Part shown: positions 19,252 to 29,530 of the stretch, in pieces
Numbering within the stretch: the stretch's first letter is position 1
How the letters are laid out: every line of letters begins with the position of its first letter
NCBI GenBank assembly: GCA_027488515.1
Contig: JAIYBN010000001.1
Coordinates: 811-64,810, forward strand
DNA length: 64,000 nt
Origin: Pseudomonadota bacterium
GTDB taxonomy: Bacteria; Bdellovibrionota; UBA1018; CAIMNF01
Direction: 5' to 3'
Translations under genes and position numbers: made by a program
The notes under the pieces: model-generated
Database searches by the model: none
Told to the model about the DNA's origin: nothing
Seen by the model: only the letters and a program-made list of their open reading frames with translations

Positions 19252-22200
19252 TGTTGAGTGGGGGTAAGCAAATTCTGATTTTGGCCCTGACTCTTCTGGC
19301 AGGGTGCAGATTCGGTGGAAAAGTCACCTACGACGGAACTCCGTACCGTGAGTACAAGGAGACTCCGATCGTGGAACAGCCGACCGTGGTGAGCCCGACG
19401 GGAAACCCGCACTATTCCCGCTCGAGCCTCTTCAGCATCGAGGGGTTTTGCATGGTCGGAGATACCCTCAAACTCGAAGGTGCCGACACTCAAGAAACCG
19501 TATGTCAGCCCGATTCGAGTTATCAGTTCACGATCCTCAAGACATCGGATGGTGTGTACCCCTTCCAGATCACCCAACTGGACCTGAACGGGAACGCTTC
19601 GATTTCCAGTCCTGTCGTATGGATCAGAAAAACCAGTGTGACTGCACCCACCATCACGAGCCCCGCAGTGAATCCATTTTTATCGGCTGGTGCATCACTG
19701 ACTCTTTCGGGGGCATGTGAGACCGGGTCATTCGTTTCACTCGGCGGTGATGGAGCTGGTTCGACCGAGTGCTTGAACTCTGCATACTCATTGAATTTGC
19801 CAAAAGCATCGGATGGTGACTACACCATCCGGGTAGTTGCTGCGGATCCGGCTGGAAATTCAGCCGAAACCTCGATCGAATGGAGGAAACACGCTCTTGA
19901 GGTTTCTCCCGCTTCCGTATCCATCCGGGTGGACACCCCGCAGGCTTTCACCATCACCGGAGGATCCGGATCTTACACCATGGCCCTGAGTGAGAATCTC
20001 TCGGGTGGAACCCTGAATCAGTCGACGCGAACTTATACCACCGGTAGAACGGCATATGTCACCGATAGCTTGACCGTGACCGACTCTCTCGGTGTCAGCC
20101 AATCCATCGGAATCACTACTTTAGCGGGGGACCCGGACCACATTGAAATTGTGAGCGGAGATGATCAGACCGTGCCTGTCGGCACCGTTTTTCCACAACC
20201 GCTGGTGGCCAAGTTGGCTGACCCCTACGGAAACGGCATTCCTTCCTACCCACTGGTGGTGGTTCGGACTTCGGGTGATGCCATCCTTTCAGGAAGCTCC
20301 ATCCGGATCACTGATGCCTCAGGGAACATCACTCTTCCCGCAACCATGGGGTATTCCTCACTTCGAAGCACTTTCCGAGTCTCTCCTCTTTCCGGATCCC
20401 TTCCCGATCTTGCAGGCAGTGGCGGAACCACCGTTTCATTCAAAGCTCGATCCTCCACATTGGGAACATCGTTATTTGGATCCGCATTCATGGCGGGGAA
20501 CACTCCCGTCTCAATGGTGGTGGCCAAGTTTGTCGACAGTGGTTTCGGTGACATCGCTGTTCTGAACCAAGCCGAAAACACAGTTGGAATTCTCATCGGG
20601 CGCGGGAACGGCCTTTTCGGAAAAATGAAAACCTACGGGCTGGGAGCCTGTTCCGGAGGAGTGAAAGCCGTATCAGGCGACTTGAACGAGGACGGACATG
20701 TCGATTTGGCGGTGGTCTGTAACGGATCCGGTCAGATTTCTCGTTTGCTCGGAAACGGCGATGGCACCTTTGCCATCGCTCAAGTGATGAACACGGTGGC
20801 AGTACCCTCTGGCTTGGTGCTGGCGGACTTGAACGGAGATTCCCATCTTGACCTCGCCACTGCATCGATGCAAGACAATGTGGCAGCAGTTCACTATGGC
20901 ACGGGAACCGGTGCGTTCGGATCGGCCCAAGAGTTCACAGTGGGGACCACCCCGGTGGCTCTGACCGTCATCGACTGGAATGAAGATGGCTTGAAAGACT
21001 TGGCTTTGGCTCACTCGGCAACCGGGAATGTCGGAGTTTTGTTCCGCAAAGCGGATGGAAGGTATGGAGACTTCACTGAAGGGTACTCCGGATCAGGACT
21101 GAACTCCATCACGACAGCCGATGCGGACGCCGACGGTCATCCTGACCTGATCACCACCAATTCCGTCGACACCAATCTGATCATCTTTTACGGTGACGGT
21201 CTTGGAAATCTCACCACGACCAGCAGCTTGACCACCGGCCTGTCTCCGAGCTCGGTGGTTGTGACCGATCTTGATCGTGACGGCAGAAAAGACCTGGTGG
21301 TGTCGAATACTGACGATATGAACCTCGGGACTTTCTATGGGGTGGGCACACGCCAGTTCAGTTTGCCTAAACTCGATTCGGTCAACGGGAGTCCGGTTTC
21401 TCTGGTGGTCTACGACTCAAACAGCGACACCGTCCCCGACATCTCTTTTGTGGATGTGGCAAACTCCACCGTCCGGGTACTTTCAGGCAACCCTCTGGGA
21501 CAGCTTGATTTTGTCAATCCAGTGGGGAATTCTCCCGCCCATCTGACATCCGGTGATTTTGATTCGGACGGATTTCGTGACGTGGTGGTGGTCAACCAAG
21601 GGTCCAATTCGCTCACCGTCTTCAAGGGCCTGGGGAACGGACATTTGACACTGAAATCGACGATCTCCACCGGCACCCAGCCAGTTTGGGTCGAAAGTGA
21701 GGATTTGAACCGCGACGGAAAATTGGACCTGGTCGTAGTGAACAAAGGGGGGAATTCGGCGGGGGTATTCATCGGAAAGGGCGACCTGACCTTCGAAATC
21801 ATGGTTCCCTACGGTACCGGTGACAATCCGTCCGGGGTGACCGTCGGAGATTTCAACCGGGATGGTCATTTGGATCTGGCCACCTCCAACCAGACCACAT
21901 CGAAGATCAGCCTCCTGACGGGAAATGGTGACGGGACCTTCAATCTCAAAGTCGACTCACTGACCGGCAGCGCTCCTGCGGGAATCGTTTCTGCAGACTT
22001 CAACGGAGACGGACTTCCGGATCTGGCCACCGTGAATTACTCTGACAGCTCGGTGAGTATCTTGATGGCGAACCCGGATGCAAGCTTTCGTGCTCCCGTC
22101 AATTATGCGACGGGTGGACTCCCGACGGGAATGGTCAGTGGATACTTCAACAGTGATCTATTGGTAGACTTGGCTGTGACGAACTTCGGAGACGGGACGA

Positions 22201-22520
22201 TCAGTGTCTTACACGGGGTTTCGGACGGATCGTTCTCAGCTCAAGTGGTTTACTCCGTGGATGCCAGCCCTGGAATTTTATTCGCCGGGGATTGGAACGG
22301 CAAAGGCCGGACCGACCTCATGGTTGCTCTCAACACCCAGAACGCTTTCGCATTCCTTCCCAGTATGGCCGGAGGGCAGTTCAATAACAGCTCGGAAATC
22401 TTCAACCAGGCTGGAGCGATTTCTGCGGTTTCGGGAACCGATCTCAATGGAGACGGGAAACTGGACGTTCTGGTGATCGATGGAACCAACAGCCTCTTGC
22501 AGGTGAGGCTCGGCCACTGA
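19248..22520 (+). CDS. Giant lipoprotein of 1090 aa, with N-terminal Ig-like domains and a C-terminal FG-GAP/VCBS (integrin-alpha-like) beta-propeller repeat array.
   Basis: The ATGA start/stop overlap with the upstream gene indicates translational coupling. Lipobox LAGC. More than 10 repeats of FG...DLNGDGHLDLA type. Confidence 0.85.
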   Translation: MMLSGGKQILILALTLLAGCRFGGKVTYDGTPYREYKETPIVEQPTVVSPTGNPHYSRSSLFSIEGFCMVGDTLKLEGADTQETVCQPDSSYQFTILKTSDGVYPFQITQLDLNGNASISSPVVWIRKTSVTAPTITSPAVNPFLSAGASLTLSGACETGSFVSLGGDGAGSTECLNSAYSLNLPKASDGDYTIRVVAADPAGNSAETSIEWRKHALEVSPASVSIRVDTPQAFTITGGSGSYTMALSENLSGGTLNQSTRTYTTGRTAYVTDSLTVTDSLGVSQSIGITTLAGDPDHIEIVSGDDQTVPVGTVFPQPLVAKLADPYGNGIPSYPLVVVRTSGDAILSGSSIRITDASGNITLPATMGYSSLRSTFRVSPLSGSLPDLAGSGGTTVSFKARSSTLGTSLFGSAFMAGNTPVSMVVAKFVDSGFGDIAVLNQAENTVGILIGRGNGLFGKMKTYGLGACSGGVKAVSGDLNEDGHVDLAVVCNGSGQISRLLGNGDGTFAIAQVMNTVAVPSGLVLADLNGDSHLDLATASMQDNVAAVHYGTGTGAFGSAQEFTVGTTPVALTVIDWNEDGLKDLALAHSATGNVGVLFRKADGRYGDFTEGYSGSGLNSITTADADADGHPDLITTNSVDTNLIIFYGDGLGNLTTTSSLTTGLSPSSVVVTDLDRDGRKDLVVSNTDDMNLGTFYGVGTRQFSLPKLDSVNGSPVSLVVYDSNSDTVPDISFVDVANSTVRVLSGNPLGQLDFVNPVGNSPAHLTSGDFDSDGFRDVVVVNQGSNSLTVFKGLGNGHLTLKSTISTGTQPVWVESEDLNRDGKLDLVVVNKGGNSAGVFIGKGDLTFEIMVPYGTGDNPSGVTVGDFNRDGHLDLATSNQTTSKISLLTGNGDGTFNLKVDSLTGSAPAGIVSADFNGDGLPDLATVNYSDSSVSILMANPDASFRAPVNYATGGLPTGMVSGYFNSDLLVDLAVTNFGDGTISVLHGVSDGSFSAQVVYSVDASPGILFAGDWNGKGRTDLMVALNTQNAFAFLPSMAGGQFNNSSEIFNQAGAISAVSGTDLNGDGKLDVLVIDGTNSLLQVRLGH

Positions 22521-22619
22521 GTCCATCCGGACACTGTCAATTTTGCCACAGTCCAGACCCCCCTCTTTTTTGCTAAACTAAAAGTGAAGGCAAGTCGTTA
22601 AGAACCTTAGAGGTTTCGG

Positions 22620-25600
22620 ATGTTTTGGGCGACTGTTTCAACAGGTTGGGGGGGATGCCTGAGAGTGGTTTTACCGCTCTTGTTGGTGGCTCTTTCTGCA
22701 TGTTCGATCGATGTCCCACTCAATGATGTCCGGGTCAAAGGGATCACTTTCACTTCACTCGAGGAATTGTCCTACAACTCCAGCCAAGCCTCGATCCGGA
22801 TCCGGGGAAACAATTACTTCCCTGACTCAAATCCCCTGACCACGATTCGCTTTCATTCGGATTCGATCTGCAGTTCAAGTCCCCTCGGAGAAGGCCCCGT
22901 CCGGACCTTCATCGATCCGGGAATCACAGCAGAAGTGTCGAGTACGCAAAAGACCGAGATTTGGGCATCGAACCATACGAATGACAAATGTGTTTACGTC
23001 ACCACCTATGACCCCCTTCATACGGCTCCTCCGGCGCCGCTCTTTCTCTCCTTTGATCCGGCTCCGCCTTCGACAGTGGTCTCTGCTCCGAGAATCTTCG
23101 GTGAGGTATCCGGCAATACCGTGAGTGTCAGCCTTTACGATGATTCGACCTGTGGTCACCTCATCGCTACTGGAAGCTCAGATGAGTTCACCACGGTCGG
23201 GATCGGACTGACTCTTGGTCCCGATCGTGAAACTGAAGTTTATGGAAGGTCCTTCGAACCGTTTGGAAACGGTTCAGCATGCGTGTTTCTGGGAGCGTAT
23301 TCACACGACTCTTCTGCCATCGGCGGGCCTGAACTCACCAGCGTACTCCCGGTTTCCCCCAATCGGACATCCACAACACCTCGCCTGTCCGGTAATCTTC
23401 CTGATGGCGGAACCCAAATCAAATTCTATTCTGATGCGGGATGCAAGGTCGAGATCAACTCCGGCACTTCGGAGGAGTTTTCGACTGCAGGGATCCTCCT
23501 CACGGTCGCTGAGAACCAGAAGCTCGGCGTATGGGCAAAAAATCTGGACGGGGACGGCCACTCCTCTTTTTGCACCTACTTGACCACCTACCAACACGAC
23601 AACCTCCCGCCGACTGCACCGGTGTTCACTTCCACCATTCCCGTTTCTCCGAGCGGTACGACCCTCTACCCCAAAGTGATAGGATCGATTGCCGCGGATG
23701 CGACTCAAGTCAGATTCTATAATAATCGGGCGTGTACTGTCGGAATCGGCTCAGGTACCCGCGCTGCCTACATCTCCACCGGGATTCCGGTCAGCGTGAC
23801 CGAGAACGACACCACGGTAATTTACGGTGCTTCGGTCGATGCTGCGGGCAATGCATCGAATTGCGTGGAATTGGCCTTCTTCGTTTCCGATACCATTCCT
23901 CCGGACCCACCGGTTTACGCCGGGACCGATCCGACTTCACCGACAAATAAAAGCTTCACTCCCAAAATCGAAGGGGGCGTTTCGGCTGATACCGAGACTG
24001 TCTCCCTCTTTTCAGACATATCCTGCCAGAGCCAAATCGGAACCGGACCTGCAACAGACTTCATTGCGGCGGGAATTCAGGTCACGGCAGGGAACAACGT
24101 TCCAACAACGATCTATGCGAAGTCCTACGACTTGGTTGGAAATGGAACCGAGTGCACCTACCTGACCACCTATGATCACTCCACCGCCATCCCACCTGCT
24201 CCCGTGTACCAGACCGCAAATCCGGTCACTCCGACCAATGTGACCAACAAGCCCTTTTTGATTGGCTCTCTTTCTCCGATCATCACGCAGGTACAACTGT
24301 TTGCCGATGCTGCTTGCACGACCATGATCGGAGCAGGAACCGCGAAAAACTTCAAATCGACCGGGATCGGAATCACCGTGGCGATGAATGCCGTGACTCC
24401 GGTTTATTCAAAAGCTCTCGACAAATACGGAAATGAATCGGAGTGTACGTTCTTCGTCAATTACACTCATACGAACATCATCCCTTCGCCACCGGTCTTC
24501 CAGTCCTACTCCCCTACCCCTCCTACGCGAATCAGCTCCACTCCAATGATCAAAGGCACGGCTCCCACCAATCCGGTCGCGATCATTCCGAGTTCCCGTC
24601 TGGTGTTTTACGACAGCCAATTCTGTGTGAACCGGATCGGTCTCGGGAGCGTTGCCGACTTTCAAGGAGGCGGAATCCAGGTCAATGCTGGGGTGAATGC
24701 GATCACTAACATCCATGCTCGGGCCTTCGATGACGCCGGAAACGGCAGTCCCTGCACCAACATGTCCCCCTACACCCATGACATCCTCTTGCCGGGTCGC
24801 CCGATTTTCCTGTCCTCTTCTCCCGGAAGCCCGTCTTACAACCGGCAAGCATTGGTCAGGGGTTACCTGGGTCCGACAAGTGACTTCCTGTCTGCTTCAA
24901 CGGTCACCCTGTTTTCGGATGAGGCTTGTACCCAGCAAATCGGCCACGGTCCAGTCGGTCTGTTCACGACCACAGGAGTCGAGGCTACCATGCTTTTCAA
25001 CACCACCACCATGGTTTACGGGTTCACGACGAACATTGTCGGGTCTGACTCCATTTGTTCGTACTTGACCAACTTCCTACACGCCCCCGAGGGTGGGAGT
25101 GAGCTGATGGCAAGTGCACTCATGAACGGCTCGGTGATTCTGTCCTGGCTTCCTGACTTCGTGGCCAATCCCGCACCGGATTATCATGTGAAGCGGTCGA
25201 CTCGCCCTGGCGGACCTTATTCCACGATCCAGATCACCAAATCTGCCAACTTCAAAGATGTCTACACCACGAATGGTGAAACTTACTACTACATCATTGA
25301 ATCGATCAACTCGACCGGAAAGAGCGTGTACTCCAACGAGGCAAACGCCCAAGCGCTCACTTCAAGACCGATCGCACCCACCTCAATCAGCGCCACTCCC
25401 GGCTCAGGGAAGGTATCCCTCGATTGGCAAGCGGACATCAAGGATTTGACCTATACCGTCCTGCGATCCTTCACATCTGGGGGTCCTTACCAAGTGCTCG
25501 CATCCCAGTTGAACACCACTTCTTACGTGGATGACACCGCTCCCAATGATCAGGCGGTCTACTACGTTGTCAAGGCAGTCAATCCGGCGGGTGTCAGTCC

Positions 25601-28600
25601 GGCATCCCCCGAAGCTTCGGCCATGGCCAAGGACCAGCCACCCGCTCCGACACGCCTGACTGCAGCTTGGGCGATCGGTGCATGCGGATACGGAACGACC
25701 GGTGTGATGTTGACCTGGAGTGCCCCGGCGTACCAGAGCGGATTCTTTGTGAACTTTGCTACCACCAGTGGCGCGACACAGAGGATTGCGCGGGTCACTG
25801 GTACCTCCTACCTTTCATGTATGCCGACTTGGGGTGGGAATGTCGATCCGAACTACCCCTTACCCCCTGACTATGAAGAATACTATACGGTAGCGGCAGA
25901 CTGGGGAGGTTACCCGGGAGCCCAATCGAACGAAGTGGTCCTGAACCATGTCATGCCCACCTTGAGCCTCACACCCGGAAATAATGAAATCGTAGTAGAC
26001 TGGACACCGGCCGGGAACGCACCTTCTTACATTCTCAGACGTGCTCTTTCGCCGAATGGACCGTGGACCGTCATTGGCAATATTTCGGGGAGCTACTACC
26101 TCGACTCCTCTGTCACCAACGGAACGGCTTACTACTACACGGTGGAGCCGGTATACGTTGCGGGAACCCAGTACGGGATCATTTCCACATATGCATCAGC
26201 CATCCCCGGTCCGAATCCGGGTGCTCCCACCAATCCAAAGCTGATCATTGCTAACAATCGCGCCTATTTGCGCTGGACCGCACCCACTCATTATGCAGGG
26301 TTCAATGTCTATTCAGCATCGGCACCGGGTGGCCCTTGGACCTTGCGGTACACTTCTCCAATCAACGAATGGCAAGACCTGGTCCCGCAATTCGGCATGA
26401 ATTACTATCGGGTCACAACACGTTGGGGCGAAAGCTATGAATCGGCCCCGACGGCGACTCTTTCATTCCGAAACGGGGTGACCACCACGATCAATGCGAC
26501 TGCCAATGCCACAGCTGTCACAGTGACTTGGAACTCCGTGATCGGGGCATCGAAGTACATTTTGAAGCGAAGCACCACTTCGAGAGGGCCGTACACGGTC
26601 ATCTCGAGCAATGCGGCCAGCCCCTATACAGACTTGGCCGTCATCGCAGACACCGCCTACTACTACGTGGTGGCCGCCGAGTTTGCTGACACTACCCAAG
26701 GACAAGATTCAGCCGAAACCAGTGCCATGCCTGGAAACGGTAAAGTCCCTACAGGCTTGACGGTCACCTCGGTCGGCTCGAACACCGTGAACTTGACTTG
26801 GGGTCGGGTCACCGGGGCGAGTGGCTATCGGGTTTACTGGGGTCTGACCAATAACGGACCCTATGACCAAATCCCACTCATGAGTTCGGTCAACTCGATC
26901 TCTATTCCGAGCTTGAATGCGGACACAACCTACTACTTCAAGGTCACTTCATTTTCTCCGGGAGAGTCGACTCGATCCGCACAAATTGCCGCAACCACCC
27001 GGAACACACCATCCGCTCCCTTGGTGGTAGCCGGAAACAACTCAGTGAAGGTGGACTGGGGCGGAGTGAGCGGGGTATCGGGTTACAATGTTCAGCGATC
27101 CACCGACGGGACTACTTTCACCACGATCGCATCGAACCTCTCGACCTTTACTTTGACTGATACAGGACTCACGAACGGACAGATTTATTTTTACCGGATT
27201 ATCGCGGTATTCTCGAACGGTTCCCAGACCTCTCCCACCAGCACATCAGTGACTCCGGGCGTGGTCCCGCGGGTCCCGGCTGGATTGGCAGTCGTCGGGA
27301 ACTCGAACGGTACCGAAATCACGCTCACGTGGGCGCCGGTCCCGGGAGCAACCAGTTATGGAATCTACACCTACCAAGGAGGCACCTACACCTCCTACGG
27401 GTCCAGCACCAACAACTCCGAGCAGCTCTTCGGGCAGGTGGAAGGGACTCCCATTTCATTTGCAGTGACCGCACTCAACGGGACGAACGAGTCCGGCTAT
27501 TCTTCCGTGGTGACAGTGGTCCCCTCGAACTCGGGCACTGCTCCAACGGCGATCATGTCTGGTAGTGCTGTACAAATCACCTGGTCGAGTGATCCGTACG
27601 CATCCGCATACACCCTGGAGCGTTCCGAAGATTCCATCAACTTCCAAGCGATCGCTACAGGGATCGCCACACTGTCCCATACTGACAGCGCAGTCATTTC
27701 GGGCCAGGCATATTTTTACCGCTACAGACCGGAATATACGGGAGGGCACATCGGAGCACCCTCGGCGACGAGCGCCCCTGTGACCCCGGGCAATTCCCTG
27801 CTGACTCCGGCAAACCTCGTGGCGAAAGCCAGCGATGTGGCCCAGGTCTCGCTACAATGGGTTCAATCTCCCAATGCTGTATCCTACAGCGTTTACCGGA
27901 GTGGCACAGCTGGCGGGCCCTATGTATTCAAGGCATCAGTGACAGCGCCGGATACATTCTATGTGGACAACACCGTCATCCCTGGATCGGCGTACTATTA
28001 TGTGGTCACTTCTGTGAATGATTCCGGGGTCAATTCTCCGTACTCCAATGAATCTGGAGTCGACTTCACAGTGAGTGTTCCTTCAGGCCTGGCAGCCAAT
28101 CCGGCCAATGGGACCACCCAGTTGAGTTGGAATCCCGCCGGAGGGGCCAACCAGTATTATCTATACCGCTCTCTTGAAGAGACCGGATCTTATTCACTGA
28201 TCTATTCAGGGGCATCCACCAGCTTCATTGATCCGGACATCACTCATGGAGTCGACTACTACTACAAGGTGGCGGCTAGGTTCTCAGGCGCGGGCACTTC
28301 TCATACCTCGGCAGCCGTCATGGCGACCGGGATCGCGACCTTGGACCTCGTAGTGCCGATCGAACTCACCGATCAACCCTTGGCGTCGGACGTGAATGAA
28401 GTGACTTTCGAGAGTACTCAAACCAGCTTCGACCCGGACGACTATGACGGAAGCAGAACCTATTCTCTTGAAACAGTGGCCATGAATCTGGACTCGACCG
28501 ATCGGAGTCTCAAGTGGGTGGATTCGAACGGAAGTGAAGTGGGTGAAGTGGTCATCACTGCCGGCACGACCGCTCCTACCCTGTTCCGGAACACCATCAC

Positions 28601-29528
28601 GATCCCGTCGGGTCTGACAGCATATCGACTCAGGTCCCAGGGAACTACTGAGCCTGCACAGCTTCAAGTGATGAGTGCACGGCTGATGGTGAAGCAAGTC
28701 GGAGCGACGCGGACGAAGCTGTACTTCCCACTCCTTTCCAAGTCTTCAACCCCGTCCTCATCTGATTCCTTGAATCCATTGCATGGCACCATGAGTACGG
28801 ACTACTCGACTCTTCCTTCAGCACAACGATTTACCAGACACCTTTCCGCTCAATCCACCCTTGGAGAGTTCAACAGCTGGGAGCTGGAAGCAGTTGTTTC
28901 TGCCCAACAAGACGCTATCGGCAGCTTTGCTCTCAGAAATTTGAGCCAGAATGCATTGGTCGAAGACTCCCAGACCTACTTCAAATCCGACACCGTCACG
29001 CTCTCGAGAGTGCCGATCTCGGACGGACTCGAAAACTTCTCCACTGCCAATGAGGACAATCAGTATGACCTTGTTGTCCGATGCGACCGTAATTGCACGA
29101 ACTCGGTACAGATCTTCAAAGCAGGCCTGTGGCTGAAGGTGCTCAACCTTTCCCAGGTAGAGGTCGTTCAACGACTCACCCTAGGCGCGTCCTATCCTGA
29201 AGGGGCTCCGGTCTTGACTGATTCGCGTGCAGTGGTTGACCTGAGTGGATATTCGAATCCATCTTTCGGACTGAATGTAACCGCCTCCACTCCGATGATG
29301 ACGATCTTGGATGTTTTGTTGTCCTCCTCGGGCACTTCGAACTCATCCACGAGCGGCCTGAACCCGGTCCCAGGATCGACTCTTTCGTTCGGATTACCGG
29401 ACATGACGACACAGGCTACGCCGATGAATTTGAGCCTCACGAACGGAGATCGCCTCGTGGTGGAAGTGAGTGGGCAGGCGGGGGCTGTGGTGCGGGAGGC
29501 GGGGCTGGTGATTCGTGCACACCGCTAA
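22620..29528 (+). CDS. Giant lipoprotein of 2302 aa. It contains about 8 tandem ~100-aa two-Cys Ig-like repeats, then about 11 fibronectin type III domains, then a ~400-aa C-terminal domain.
   Basis: Lipobox LSAC. Recurring C.YLTTY.HD..(L/I)PP.PV(F/Y) repeat boundaries. FN3 signatures (YYYVV, GVS.YS, W..V.GA..Y). Confidence 0.85.
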   Translation: MFWATVSTGWGGCLRVVLPLLLVALSACSIDVPLNDVRVKGITFTSLEELSYNSSQASIRIRGNNYFPDSNPLTTIRFHSDSICSSSPLGEGPVRTFIDPGITAEVSSTQKTEIWASNHTNDKCVYVTTYDPLHTAPPAPLFLSFDPAPPSTVVSAPRIFGEVSGNTVSVSLYDDSTCGHLIATGSSDEFTTVGIGLTLGPDRETEVYGRSFEPFGNGSACVFLGAYSHDSSAIGGPELTSVLPVSPNRTSTTPRLSGNLPDGGTQIKFYSDAGCKVEINSGTSEEFSTAGILLTVAENQKLGVWAKNLDGDGHSSFCTYLTTYQHDNLPPTAPVFTSTIPVSPSGTTLYPKVIGSIAADATQVRFYNNRACTVGIGSGTRAAYISTGIPVSVTENDTTVIYGASVDAAGNASNCVELAFFVSDTIPPDPPVYAGTDPTSPTNKSFTPKIEGGVSADTETVSLFSDISCQSQIGTGPATDFIAAGIQVTAGNNVPTTIYAKSYDLVGNGTECTYLTTYDHSTAIPPAPVYQTANPVTPTNVTNKPFLIGSLSPIITQVQLFADAACTTMIGAGTAKNFKSTGIGITVAMNAVTPVYSKALDKYGNESECTFFVNYTHTNIIPSPPVFQSYSPTPPTRISSTPMIKGTAPTNPVAIIPSSRLVFYDSQFCVNRIGLGSVADFQGGGIQVNAGVNAITNIHARAFDDAGNGSPCTNMSPYTHDILLPGRPIFLSSSPGSPSYNRQALVRGYLGPTSDFLSASTVTLFSDEACTQQIGHGPVGLFTTTGVEATMLFNTTTMVYGFTTNIVGSDSICSYLTNFLHAPEGGSELMASALMNGSVILSWLPDFVANPAPDYHVKRSTRPGGPYSTIQITKSANFKDVYTTNGETYYYIIESINSTGKSVYSNEANAQALTSRPIAPTSISATPGSGKVSLDWQADIKDLTYTVLRSFTSGGPYQVLASQLNTTSYVDDTAPNDQAVYYVVKAVNPAGVSPASPEASAMAKDQPPAPTRLTAAWAIGACGYGTTGVMLTWSAPAYQSGFFVNFATTSGATQRIARVTGTSYLSCMPTWGGNVDPNYPLPPDYEEYYTVAADWGGYPGAQSNEVVLNHVMPTLSLTPGNNEIVVDWTPAGNAPSYILRRALSPNGPWTVIGNISGSYYLDSSVTNGTAYYYTVEPVYVAGTQYGIISTYASAIPGPNPGAPTNPKLIIANNRAYLRWTAPTHYAGFNVYSASAPGGPWTLRYTSPINEWQDLVPQFGMNYYRVTTRWGESYESAPTATLSFRNGVTTTINATANATAVTVTWNSVIGASKYILKRSTTSRGPYTVISSNAASPYTDLAVIADTAYYYVVAAEFADTTQGQDSAETSAMPGNGKVPTGLTVTSVGSNTVNLTWGRVTGASGYRVYWGLTNNGPYDQIPLMSSVNSISIPSLNADTTYYFKVTSFSPGESTRSAQIAATTRNTPSAPLVVAGNNSVKVDWGGVSGVSGYNVQRSTDGTTFTTIASNLSTFTLTDTGLTNGQIYFYRIIAVFSNGSQTSPTSTSVTPGVVPRVPAGLAVVGNSNGTEITLTWAPVPGATSYGIYTYQGGTYTSYGSSTNNSEQLFGQVEGTPISFAVTALNGTNESGYSSVVTVVPSNSGTAPTAIMSGSAVQITWSSDPYASAYTLERSEDSINFQAIATGIATLSHTDSAVISGQAYFYRYRPEYTGGHIGAPSATSAPVTPGNSLLTPANLVAKASDVAQVSLQWVQSPNAVSYSVYRSGTAGGPYVFKASVTAPDTFYVDNTVIPGSAYYYVVTSVNDSGVNSPYSNESGVDFTVSVPSGLAANPANGTTQLSWNPAGGANQYYLYRSLEETGSYSLIYSGASTSFIDPDITHGVDYYYKVAARFSGAGTSHTSAAVMATGIATLDLVVPIELTDQPLASDVNEVTFESTQTSFDPDDYDGSRTYSLETVAMNLDSTDRSLKWVDSNGSEVGEVVITAGTTAPTLFRNTITIPSGLTAYRLRSQGTTEPAQLQVMSARLMVKQVGATRTKLYFPLLSKSSTPSSSDSLNPLHGTMSTDYSTLPSAQRFTRHLSAQSTLGEFNSWELEAVVSAQQDAIGSFALRNLSQNALVEDSQTYFKSDTVTLSRVPISDGLENFSTANEDNQYDLVVRCDRNCTNSVQIFKAGLWLKVLNLSQVEVVQRLTLGASYPEGAPVLTDSRAVVDLSGYSNPSFGLNVTASTPMMTILDVLLSSSGTSNSSTSGLNPVPGSTLSFGLPDMTTQATPMNLSLTNGDRLVVEVSGQAGAVVREAGLVIRAHR
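22990..25210 (+). repeat. Intragenic tandem repeat array: about 8 repeats of ~300 bp, each encoding a ~100-aa two-Cys domain.
   Basis: Periodic recurrence of (S/T)xC(T/V)(Y/F)L(T/G)(T/A)Y.H and PP(A/S/D)P(V/L)(F/Y) motifs in the translation. Confidence 0.7.
25210..28300 (+). repeat. Intragenic tandem array of about 11 FN3-encoding units, each ~270-300 bp.
   Basis: Recurring YYY(V/K)V, GxSxxS and LxWxxV motifs at roughly 90-100 aa spacing. Confidence 0.65.
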
Positions 29529-29530
29529 CC

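Noticed and set aside
14044-22549. Dozens of 60-250-aa ORFs on the minus strand inside the giant lipoprotein genes.
   Set aside because: They are all nested antisense within long repeat-rich + strand genes that have coherent domain architecture.
22521-22619. Possible terminator between giant genes 2 and 3 (imperfect stem at 22529..22554, T-run at 22566..22571).
   Set aside because: The stem is bulged, and the T-run is separated from it by about 12 nt. It does not fit a classic intrinsic terminator. It may be a weak attenuator, but is not supportable.
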